Made by a program: the position numbers and the translations under genes
Part shown: positions 33,073 through 41,931 of the stretch, piece by piece
Layout: each line of letters starts with the position of its first letter
How positions within the stretch are numbered: position 1 is the stretch's first letter
Source: a virus
Length of the DNA stretch: 64,000 bases
Strand: one strand, 5' to 3'
Virus record (IMG/VR): IMGVR_UViG_3300020179_001470
Span: 8,947 to 72,946 of that record
The notes under the pieces: model-generated
The model's database searches: none
Told to the model about the DNA's origin: nothing
What the model saw: the letters and a program-made list of their open reading frames with translations, nothing else

Positions 33073-33915
33073 ATGCGTGAGATTTACAAAATAGTAAAAA
33101 AATACAAGAGGTCTTTATTATTAATATACTTCTACATCTTTATTGCTCAAATCATTTTCTTGGTTGAACCCTTTGTCTTGGGTAAATCAATAGATGGTTT
33201 ATTGAATAAGGAGTATTATTGGATTGGTGTGTTTTTGTTCATTGAGACGCTATCAAATTTTACAATATACAAGAGAATGATATTCGACACCAAGATTTAC
33301 ACATCCATATATAATGATATTGTGTTTAACTATTTAGATAATTCAGAAAACTCTGACGCATCAACACGATTAGGTAGAACCGATTTGGCTCACAATATTG
33401 TCGACTTCTTGGAACACCATATTCATTATTACATAATGTCCATACTGACAATTATTGGAACCTTGTTTTTCATATTCATGTCCCATGTGATTACTGGTTT
33501 CATTGTGTTATTGTGCGCCCCATTCATTTGTTTTATTGTATGGAAGTTCTATGGTAAGATTGCACAATCTACCAAAGTTAGTCACAACCAACATGAAAAG
33601 AAAATGGATGTACTTGGTGGGAATGACCGAGGTATAATCGATACCTTTTTCAAAAGAAGAAGGAAGATTTGGATTTCAGCATCAACCATACAAGGAAAGA
33701 ATTGGACATCCTTGAATATGGTAAAGACAATCTTCTTGGTCTTAGCATTAATCATCTTCACTCACGAAAATGTAAAACTAACCCAAGGTGAAGCGATTGC
33801 CATGTATTCTTATATAAATCAATTTTTGGTTTCTCTTTTGTCCATTCCTGTGGGTATGGAAATGTTAACGAGAATGACCGATGTAATAAACAGATTAAAA
33901 ACAACAAATGAGTAA
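33073..33915 (+). CDS. ABC-transporter six-TM-domain-like membrane protein (no ATPase domain)
   Basis: LVEPFVLGKSIDGLL, VDFLE, multiple TM helices. Confidence 0.65.
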   Translation: MREIYKIVKKYKRSLLLIYFYIFIAQIIFLVEPFVLGKSIDGLLNKEYYWIGVFLFIETLSNFTIYKRMIFDTKIYTSIYNDIVFNYLDNSENSDASTRLGRTDLAHNIVDFLEHHIHYYIMSILTIIGTLFFIFMSHVITGFIVLLCAPFICFIVWKFYGKIAQSTKVSHNQHEKKMDVLGGNDRGIIDTFFKRRRKIWISASTIQGKNWTSLNMVKTIFLVLALIIFTHENVKLTQGEAIAMYSYINQFLVSLLSIPVGMEMLTRMTDVINRLKTTNE

Positions 33916-34618
33916 TAACGAATTATCACCAGTCAATTGGTTAATAAAAAAACTTCAGTTGGATACAAGGTATAGTGGGATTTATGATGATATCCTCAAC
34001 CAAGCAAGACAAATGGAAGATGACCAATACGAAAAACTAAAGGACTTTGACAATTGGAAAGATTGGAAGAACAATATTGAAACTAAATCAGAATAAGATG
34101 ACACCACAAGAACAAGCATTAAAAGACACAACTAACAGATACACTAACCTACTTGATGGTTGTGTAAAATCTGGTGTAAGTGTATCAGAAATCATTCGTT
34201 ACTACGAATCGAGATTGAACAATCAACCAGCACCTGAAACCAAAAGGTCATCGGGAATCGTTGATAATTTTATTGAGGAATATCTTAACTATATGTCAAA
34301 TGAAGATTAATGTTTATCTAAATATTTTTTGGGATATTCAAATTAATCACTTATAATTGTATTAAAATAAATCGGTCATGAGTACTTGGGAAATTGTATT
34401 GTTAATTTTATTCGGAATTTGTCTCATGGGTGCTTTGGTTCAAAAAAAGTGGAATGACTTTTTTTATTATTTGTGTACTGGGTTGGTAGTCATTTCGGAG
34501 TTACCCGTTTTTACATCTTTTATCGCTTTAATATTTCTTTTAATCTTACACGTTAACATTAGAAATATGGAAAATTAAGTATATGAAAAGTCTATATCTA
34601 AAATAGATATTTATTAAT

Positions 34619-35038
34619 ATGGGATACTCAGATTTAGTAATTGACCACTACACCAATCCCCGTAATGTAGGAACATTGGATAAATCCAAATCGAATGTTG
34701 GTACGGGATTAGTTGGAGCTCCTGAGTGTGGTGATGTAATGCGTCTACAAATTGAGGTAGACGAAGATACGGGTATTATAAAAGAAGCAAAATTTAAAAC
34801 ATTTGGATGTGGTTCTGCAATTGCTTCATCATCATTAGTAACTGAATGGTTAAAGGGTAAATCAATAGATAAAGCACTTACTATTGATAATATGGATATA
34901 GTTGAAGAACTTAATCTACCGCCAGTCAAAATACATTGTTCAGTTTTAGCTGAAGACGCTATCGTTGCGGCTATAGATGATTACAGAAAAAAACAAGGTC
35001 TCAAAGAATTGATTAATAATAAAACAATTTTATCATAA
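34619..35038 (+). CDS. iscU: Fe-S cluster scaffold IscU
   Basis: DHYTNPRNVG, GAPECGDVMRLQI, KFKTFGCGSAIASSS, LPPVKIHCSVLAEDAI. Confidence 0.97.
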   Translation: MGYSDLVIDHYTNPRNVGTLDKSKSNVGTGLVGAPECGDVMRLQIEVDEDTGIIKEAKFKTFGCGSAIASSSLVTEWLKGKSIDKALTIDNMDIVEELNLPPVKIHCSVLAEDAIVAAIDDYRKKQGLKELINNKTILS

Positions 35039-35045
35039 ATTTTAG

Positions 35046-35369
35046 ATGATTACAGTATCAGAATCTGCATCAAAGAAATTAAATTTACTAATAGAAGAAA
35101 GTGGATGTGTAACACCATTTGTGAGGGTTGCGGTAAAAGGGGGTGGATGTAGTGGTTTATCTTATGACCTATCATTTGATACAGAACAAAATATAAACGA
35201 CACATTAGCGGAAGATAAGGGAATAAAAATTTTGGTGGACAATAAATCTTTATTATACCTTTGTGGCACCGAATTAGAATTTTCTGATGGGTTAAACGGA
35301 AAAGGTTTTCAATTTATTAATCCCAACGCTAGTCGAACCTGTGGATGTGGGGAATCATTTTCAATATAA
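35046..35369 (+). CDS. iscA: Fe-S carrier IscA/HesB family
   Basis: GGGCSGLSY, NPNASRTCGCGESF. Confidence 0.93.
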   Translation: MITVSESASKKLNLLIEESGCVTPFVRVAVKGGGCSGLSYDLSFDTEQNINDTLAEDKGIKILVDNKSLLYLCGTELEFSDGLNGKGFQFINPNASRTCGCGESFSI

Positions 35370-35549
35370 AACAGTGTTTGTTTAACCAAATCTCATTATA
35401 CAATACCCTAAAAACTAAATTTTTGGAGAGGTTATTTAAAAAAATCATCATATAATTTGGTTCTTATCAAACTTTTTATTAATTTTAAATGTTATTGATA
35501 TGGTATTGACCATTTTGATACATTATTAACTTAACTAAATAACATAAAA

Positions 35550-35723
35550 ATGAATAAATTATCTATCCTCGAAATCGGAATTGTCGTTTTATCCGTGATT
35601 TGTATTTTTGTATCTGAGTACCTTTACTTATTTCAGGGCGACCAAATGAAAGCGATTTTTATTGGTCTTTGGCCGCCAACAATGCTTGGACTTTTGAATT
35701 ACATCAATTCAAAAAGAAAATGA
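35550..35723 (+). CDS. Small two-TM membrane protein (not in ORF track)
   Basis: MNKLSILEIGIVVLSVICIFVSEY...AIFIGLWPPTMLGLLNY. Confidence 0.6.
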   Translation: MNKLSILEIGIVVLSVICIFVSEYLYLFQGDQMKAIFIGLWPPTMLGLLNYINSKRK

Positions 35724-36214
35724 AATGGAAAATTTGGATATTATCATATTGACTATCGTTATTGTTTTTCTTTTCGCGGGATTTATATTTATACCATTGT
35801 TATATGCGCACAAGATAGAAAAAAAATACATAACGAAAAATCACTTAAATCGTAGTTGTTCAGATAAAATTAAATTTGTTAATTCTTATAACAATATTGA
35901 AAATTAAATGGAAAATATAGAAGTTATCATATTATCTGTAATCGTTACCATCCTTTTTTCACTATTTTTAGGTTTAACCATAAGGGAACTTAATAATCCA
36001 CAGGAAACATTAAGACCCTCAGATGAGTCGGGACCAAGAGCTAATCTTGTCAAATTTTTGGGTCGTTGTTTTGATTCTCCAACTCCAACAAAAGTGGAAG
36101 AAAATAAAACAACCAGTGAGGAGGAAAAATTTATTTTATAAATGTCTTCATAATGAAAAAAATTCCCGGTTCCGGCGCCCGAGGTTCATTTTAATGGAAA
36201 AAAAATAACACAGT

Positions 36215-36360
36215 ATGGGACAAATAGTTTATACATACGAAAAATGTAGGGAAGAGGCGTTAAAATACAAAACAAGGTTTGAGTTAAAAAAAAATAACCG
36301 TAATGTTTTAATGCCATTTATCGTAATAAATGGAATCACACTATTTTCTCACATATAACT
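36215..36360 (+). pseudogene. Frameshifted remnant resembling a homing-endonuclease DNA-binding repeat
   Basis: YTYEKCREEALKYKTRFELKK then frameshift to NAIYRNKWNHTIFSHI. Confidence 0.5.
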
Positions 36361-36516
36361 ATTGTCGGTCAATCCCCGAAAATCCGACCATCAAGATTAA
36401 CCATACTTAGGTTACATAATTTGGTGACACCAGCTCAAAAGAAACTTGAGTATAAAAGTTCAGAGTACAAACAGTATATGGAAAGAGTAAACAATTCACT
36501 GAACAAATATTAAAGT

Positions 36517-36933
36517 ATGGTCACAGTTGGGGTGATAGCGGGAAATTTTGACATTATCCATCCGGGGTATATTCATATGTTCAACGAATGTAAAAAACAT
36601 TGTGACTATTTGGTTGTATGTTTACACGAGGACCCGTCTATTGAAAGACCCGAGAAACTAAAACCGGTGTTATCCTTAGATGAAAGGACCCAAATACTGG
36701 AATCATTAAGACAAGTTGATGAGGTGATTCCATATAGTTTTGAAATAAATCTATATGAGATTTTAAAGAATAGAAATTTTCATGTTAGGTTCTTGGGTGA
36801 TGATTATAAAAACAAATCGTACACTGGTGATAACCTACCAATCCCCATACATTATTTAGATAGGTCTCACGGTTGGTCAACCACAAAATACAAAACGTTA
36901 ATATCGAACACCATTAACTTAAACAAATTTTAA
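36517..36933 (+). CDS. Cytidylyltransferase (TagD-like)
   Basis: GNFDIIHPGY, DPSIERPEK, LGDDY, RSHGWSTT. Confidence 0.85.
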   Translation: MVTVGVIAGNFDIIHPGYIHMFNECKKHCDYLVVCLHEDPSIERPEKLKPVLSLDERTQILESLRQVDEVIPYSFEINLYEILKNRNFHVRFLGDDYKNKSYTGDNLPIPIHYLDRSHGWSTTKYKTLISNTINLNKF

Positions 36934-36949
36934 AAAATATAAATATTTT

Positions 36950-37001
36950 TTTGGAAATCTCAAAAAATACATTACATTTGTATTGTAATTGTTCTTTGAA
37001 A
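36950..37001 (+). promoter_or_regulatory. Bacteroidetes-type promoter plus boxA-like element upstream of tracr/CRISPR
   Basis: TTTG 36950-36953, 19-nt spacer, TACATTTG 36973-36980, TGTTCTTTGAAA 36990-37001. Confidence 0.7.
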
Positions 37002-37022
37002 TATTGGAAACTTCAATATATT

Positions 37023-37150
37023 ATTTCATCAGAGGTAAAACTTTGGTGGGGGTGGTTGTACACCCCATAGTGAATCCTGAATAAACAGGGTGGAATTTAT
37101 CTGGAGATTAACTTCTCACTCACTAAATACCTTTTATTTTTAAATAAGGG
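37023..37150 (+). ncRNA. Putative tracrRNA (Cas12f scaffold)
   Basis: Stems CAUCAGAG/CUUUGGUG and GGGGUG/CACCCC with loop GUUGUA complementary to repeat 3' end UACAAC; 3' UACCUUUU..AAAUAAG complementary to repeat; homologous to 39377-39484. Confidence 0.8.
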
Positions 37151-37194
37151 AATCATTCACAATATGTTGATTCGTAATAAGATGGGTTAACCAT

Positions 37195-37948
37195 GTTGTA
37201 AATACCTCTTATTTGAAAGGTGTATACAACTGGTTTGAACTGTTTGCACCTCCCTGAAGAGTTGTAAATACCTCTTATTTGAAAGGTGTATACAACTATG
37301 ACCAACAGAACTTGATGTTAAATCAAGTTGTAGATACCTCTTATTTGAAAGGTGTATACAACTGAAATTCCACCTAATGACTGGAATCCAGGTTGTGGAT
37401 ACCTCTTATTTGAAAGGTATATACAACGTTAATCCTCTTTGATTGTGAGGTTATGTGTTGTGGATACCTCTTATTTGAAAGGTACATACAACCGATGAAC
37501 CGGGTCCTTATCAAATTGAGAGCGTTGTAAATACCTCTTATTTGAAAGGTGTATACAACGCAATAACCCAATTCCATAATTACGGTATAGTTGTGGATAC
37601 CTCTTATTTGAAAGGTGTATACAACAGAGAATGATTCAACGGCCATTCCAATAAGTTGTAGATACCACTTATTTGAAAGGTGTATACAACGTCACTTGTG
37701 GCCACTAAATCTGTTGTAGATACCACTTATTTGAAAGGTGTATACAACATTTGTTCTTTATGTTGATGTGGAGGACGCACTGTAACGCTAAGGTTACTGG
37801 TTGTAGATACCTCTTATTTGAAAGGTATATACAACTAGTCGTATTAGTACCGATACTACAAAAACGGAAAGGTATATACAACATGTAGACTCTTGGGTGT
37901 TGTGTTAACCACGTTGTAGATACCACTTGTTTGAAAGGTATATACAAC
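37195..37948 (+). CRISPR. CRISPR array, 36-bp repeat GTTGT(A/G)(A/G)ATACC(T/A)CTTATTTGAAAGGT(G/A)TATACAAC
   Basis: 11 full repeats starting at 37195, 37261, 37327, 37392, 37457, 37524, 37590, 37655, 37713, 37800, 37913; half repeat 37867-37882; spacers mostly 29-31 bp (one 22, one 51); degenerate remnant near 37978. Confidence 0.98.
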
Positions 37949-38028
37949 TTTAGTCCAGTCATCCAAAGGAAAATTTGGTTACCACTTGAAGTTTTTAATA
38001 TGACAATGAACATAAACCCGAACATGAC

Positions 38029-39459
38029 ATGCCAATAATCACAAGAAAAATCAAATTGATTGCGGTTGGTGAAACCAGCAAGGACAAAACCGCATCGTAC
38101 AACTATGTTAAAAGGATTGCATCCGATTTAACTCAGGTGGGTAATGAAGTTATTCGTCTTCACGTTTGTAATCAATATGAATTGGATAGATTAAAATCAT
38201 CCATGAACATATCCAAGGGTGATGCAATCAAGATTTTTCAAGAACAGATTGGTACATCAGTTCAGAACAGTGGTTATCAAATGTTAACCAAGTTTCCATA
38301 TATTGCTTCAGATATTAGAACAAACTTCAATCAGAAGATATTCAAAACCATTAAGGAAAACTTTCACGACATCATGAACAGCAAGATGTCGGTACCATCA
38401 TTTAGGAAGACATCCATATCCATTCCGTTCAGTGGTGTAAAGGCGGGTGAATGTGTATTATTTGTTGATGATGATGATGAACATATGTTTAACTTTCCTT
38501 TATCATCATCGGAAAAAAGTATTCATAAGGAAATTAAATTCAGATTACATTATGGTAGGGACCCCAGTAACAATCGTGTCATTGTAAATAGGATTTTGGA
38601 TGGGACTTATAAGATGAACGGGAGTTCCATTCAGATTGACGATAACGATTTGTACTTGTTGTTGACCTGTGATATTCCTGTAAATGTATCCAATAATATG
38701 GACCCCAATAAGGTAATGGGAATTGATTTGGGTATTAACCGACCGGTATCAATTTATATTGATGGGGAGAAACGTCAACCATCACAAATTCAATTGGGTG
38801 AGAAGATTCAATCTGAAAGGATGAGGTTCTACAAACAACGTAGAGCACTTCAACAATCCATGAAGTTTGCCAAGGGTGGACACGGAAGAAAGAGAAAGAT
38901 GTTGGGGATGGAAAAACTAAGGGAAAAGGAATCCAATTGGGCTACTCTTATGAATCACAACATCAGTAGGGAGGTTATTAATATTGCGCAACAATATAAT
39001 GTGGGCATTATTAAGATGGAGGATTTAACCGGTATAACCACGAACAAGAATGATTATTTTTTAAAATCGTGGGCATACTACCAACTTCAGACCGACATTG
39101 AATATAAAGCGAAGATGGTTGGAATTCAAATTCTGTGGGTAAATCCAAAAGACACATCCATTACATGTCCAACTTGTAAGAATGTGAATAAGGAGAACAG
39201 AAATGATAAGGATAAAACCAAGTTCTCTTGTGTTAATATAGAATGTGATGATTTTGGTAAACTAAAGGATGCTGATATCACCGCAGCACACAATATTACT
39301 TATTCTGAAGGTTCTGATGTGAAAGGTAAGAGTAAGAAAGGTAGATTATTAAAAGGTATTCAAAAGAAACAAGACATTTTCATCACCACAAGTGATGGGG
39401 TTGGTTGTACAACCCATAGTGATTCCTTGTATAAACAGGAGGAGGTAATCTCGGAGTAA
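38029..39459 (+). CDS. cas12f: Cas12f/TnpB-family RNA-guided nuclease, catalytic residues intact
   Basis: RuvC-I GIDLG, GGHGR, RuvC-II MEDL, W.YYQLQ..IEYKA, Zn finger CPTC...C..EC, RuvC-III DADITAAHNI; 476 aa; adjacent to array; no cas1/cas2 in window. Confidence 0.88.
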   Translation: MPIITRKIKLIAVGETSKDKTASYNYVKRIASDLTQVGNEVIRLHVCNQYELDRLKSSMNISKGDAIKIFQEQIGTSVQNSGYQMLTKFPYIASDIRTNFNQKIFKTIKENFHDIMNSKMSVPSFRKTSISIPFSGVKAGECVLFVDDDDEHMFNFPLSSSEKSIHKEIKFRLHYGRDPSNNRVIVNRILDGTYKMNGSSIQIDDNDLYLLLTCDIPVNVSNNMDPNKVMGIDLGINRPVSIYIDGEKRQPSQIQLGEKIQSERMRFYKQRRALQQSMKFAKGGHGRKRKMLGMEKLREKESNWATLMNHNISREVINIAQQYNVGIIKMEDLTGITTNKNDYFLKSWAYYQLQTDIEYKAKMVGIQILWVNPKDTSITCPTCKNVNKENRNDKDKTKFSCVNIECDDFGKLKDADITAAHNITYSEGSDVKGKSKKGRLLKGIQKKQDIFITTSDGVGCTTHSDSLYKQEEVISE

Positions 39460-39520
39460 TGGACTCACTCACTAAGTACTTTTCAAAGGTGTATACAACT
39501 AGTAGAATGTCAAATGATGA
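39377..39520 (+). ncRNA. Putative fused omegaRNA/sgRNA-like guide overlapping the nuclease 3' end
   Basis: Second scaffold copy ending AAAGGTGTATACAAC (39485-39499, identical to last 15 nt of repeat), then unique TAGTAGAATGTCAAATGATG. Confidence 0.75.
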
Positions 39521-39564
39521 TAACGGAAGAAAATTTAATTAATTTGGGGTAACAAGTGGATAGG

Positions 39565-39636
39565 ATGAAGATTGCGGTAATTGCTCATGATGGAAAGAAG
39601 GTGGACATGGTGGCGTTTTGGATTTATTTCAAATGA
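39565..39636 (+). pseudogene. Duplicated mgsA 5' fragment
   Basis: MKIAVIAHDGKKVDMVAF vs MKIALIAHDGKKADMVAF of 21684-22058; stops after 23 aa. Confidence 0.8.
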
Positions 39637-39797
39637 AAAGTTCAATGAACTTCTTGAACAAGCCAAAGAAATGGAGAAAGAGCAGATAATTGAGTTTGCT
39701 AAACATTGTTTAGACAAGAGCATAGACTTGGACATTTTAATGGCATATAATCAAGTAGAAATTGAGTATACCAATAGAACCTTTAAATCAGAATAAG

Positions 39798-40583
39798 ATG
39801 AGCGCAAAAATAGAAATAAACAAAATTTACAACGAAGATTGTTTGATAACTATGAGTAAAATGCCAGATAATTTCTGCGATTTAATTGTAACATCTCCCC
39901 CATACGATAATATGAGAGATTACAATGGATATAAACTTGACTTGCACAAAGTAGGAGAAGAACTATATAGAATAACAAAAGATGGAGGAATGGTTTGTTT
40001 TGTGATGCAAGACCAGACAAAGAATTTTGGAAAATCATTAACCACATTCAAAACTGCTATTGACTTTTACAATATCGGGTTCAAATTGTTTGAATGTTGC
40101 ATATATCGCAAATACGGACAAGAAGGAGCTTGGTGGAATAAAAGATTTAGAATTGACCACGAATATATTTTAATGTTTCTCAAGGGAGATAAGCCAAAAT
40201 CATTTAACAAAGAGCCGTTGAAAATTCCATCAAAGCACGGTGGTAAAACAATTACAGGATGTGCTACGAGGCAAACCGATGGCACTACTCAAAAATCAAG
40301 AGCAATTAAAATTAACTTGATGAAATGTAGGGGTAGTGTTTGGGAATATCTAAATGGTGGAGATAAGAATAAAATTAAACGAAAGCATCCTGCTACATTT
40401 CCTGATTCTCTTGCAAATGATTTAATAGTTTGTTTTAGCAAAGAAAAAGATATAGTTTACGATTGTTTTGGCGGTAGTGGAACTACAAGTAAGATGTCTG
40501 CAAAAAATAATAGAAGTTGGATTATTTCAGAAATAAGTAGTGAATACTGTAAAATCATAAGTGAAAGAATGTCTGAAATATAA
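39798..40583 (+). CDS. Orphan DNA methyltransferase (N4C/N6A, beta class)
   Basis: IVTSPPY, HPATFP, YDCFGGSGTT, SEIS. Confidence 0.9.
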   Translation: MSAKIEINKIYNEDCLITMSKMPDNFCDLIVTSPPYDNMRDYNGYKLDLHKVGEELYRITKDGGMVCFVMQDQTKNFGKSLTTFKTAIDFYNIGFKLFECCIYRKYGQEGAWWNKRFRIDHEYILMFLKGDKPKSFNKEPLKIPSKHGGKTITGCATRQTDGTTQKSRAIKINLMKCRGSVWEYLNGGDKNKIKRKHPATFPDSLANDLIVCFSKEKDIVYDCFGGSGTTSKMSAKNNRSWIISEISSEYCKIISERMSEI

Positions 40584-40873
40584 TCAGTTAAATCAGAATA
40601 AGATGGAGAAGATGAAGAATAAATTAATCAATGATTTGAAGTACTGTGCAGATTCGATAAAGATATATGGAGATACAGAAGGATATCTGGATGACCATCA
40701 TATGAAGTTGATTCTAATGAAGTTGAATGAGATGTCGTATTATTATTCCAAGGAACTAAACCGCAGGGAGATTCTCAAGAACAAGAAGGGATATGAATAT
40801 AGATTGCTCAAGCATCTATCTGAAAAGTACCCAGATGAGGATGTAAAGTAAAACCGGGGGATAAACTCATAAT

Positions 40874-41377
40874 ATGAATATAGAACAATATAGTATAGAA
40901 GAACTTATAGAACTAAGGAATACTATCAATGGTATAATAGATACCTATGAAGATGGATATACCTATATCTGTAATATAAGAAGTTATGGAAAGAATTGGG
41001 TAGATAAGAATATAAAGAATGTACATATACTACAAGAACTATGTCATCAATATTATGGATATGATGGTATAGTAGATGTATATTCAACCAACCCCAATCT
41101 AAATGAATTGGATAACTATGGAAAAACAATGTACATAGTATCAGTAGAGGAATATGATAAATGGAAAGGATATGATTCCCTAAAGAATATTATAGAACAA
41201 CTCGAAATGGAAATAAAGGAATGGAACGAAAGACATACTTTACCATTTAGAGATAGACCTGTATTCGGACCTTTATATAGTGAAGAAGAATTGGAAGGTT
41301 TTAAAAAAGAACTATCCGAATATGATATGAACTTTATTGCTCCTGTAGAATATCATCCCATAGATACAGATTCATGA
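40874..41377 (+). CDS. Hypothetical protein
   Basis: 167-aa ORF. Confidence 0.6.
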   Translation: MNIEQYSIEELIELRNTINGIIDTYEDGYTYICNIRSYGKNWVDKNIKNVHILQELCHQYYGYDGIVDVYSTNPNLNELDNYGKTMYIVSVEEYDKWKGYDSLKNIIEQLEMEIKEWNERHTLPFRDRPVFGPLYSEEELEGFKKELSEYDMNFIAPVEYHPIDTDS

Positions 41378-41931
41378 CATATGGATTTGGGAGGTTTACC
41401 TCCCCATAGGTTATGTCAAACTTCTAGGTATCTAAAACAATATACCCATCAGTTTGTTATATGATTATGAAAAAGTACATGTTACATCGTCCCCTTTCCG
41501 ATATGGAATCTGATGGGGTTTATTTTGACGAATCGGTTAAGAAGAAACTGTTAGAAGAAAGAGAAAAAGAGATATGCCATTATAGTGGTTTACCATCGGT
41601 TATAATGTATAGTACTAATAGGGTTTTACCCCACAATACACACAATGTAATACAGAAAGAGTCAAAAAATACTTGATTTTAATCCCTTAATTTAAATATT
41701 TTTTGTCGTAACAAATTTTTTTAAAATATAAAGGGATGTATGACAAAAAATACCGCTGGTCGTATTACAATCAGTAAAAGTGTATAAAAATGGGAAAAAG
41801 TGGGACAAAGTGTAGGATTGACTCTTGCGTGAAATAAGAGTTATATTTTTATATTTTCAGAAATGTCATACAATAAAAAACCCCCAAGTGTTTTACAAGG
41901 GGGTTGATGTAATACGTATATATGTCATACA

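Noticed and set aside
34288-34310. Partial similarity of the fused guide (atgtcaaatga.gat) to the end of ORF 34047-34310
   Set aside because: Only ~11 contiguous AT-rich matches and the repeat-proximal end mismatches; likely chance.
37374-38025. - strand ORFs 37374-37646 and 37705-38025
   Set aside because: They are translations of the CRISPR repeats (recurring VVYTFQIRGI).
38029-39459. Plain IS200/IS605 TnpB transposon, or nuclease-dead Cas12f with a sigma factor
   Set aside because: No tnpA or recognisable left end is present, a cognate array and tracr are present, all three RuvC acidic residues are intact and no sigma/HTH gene is adjacent.
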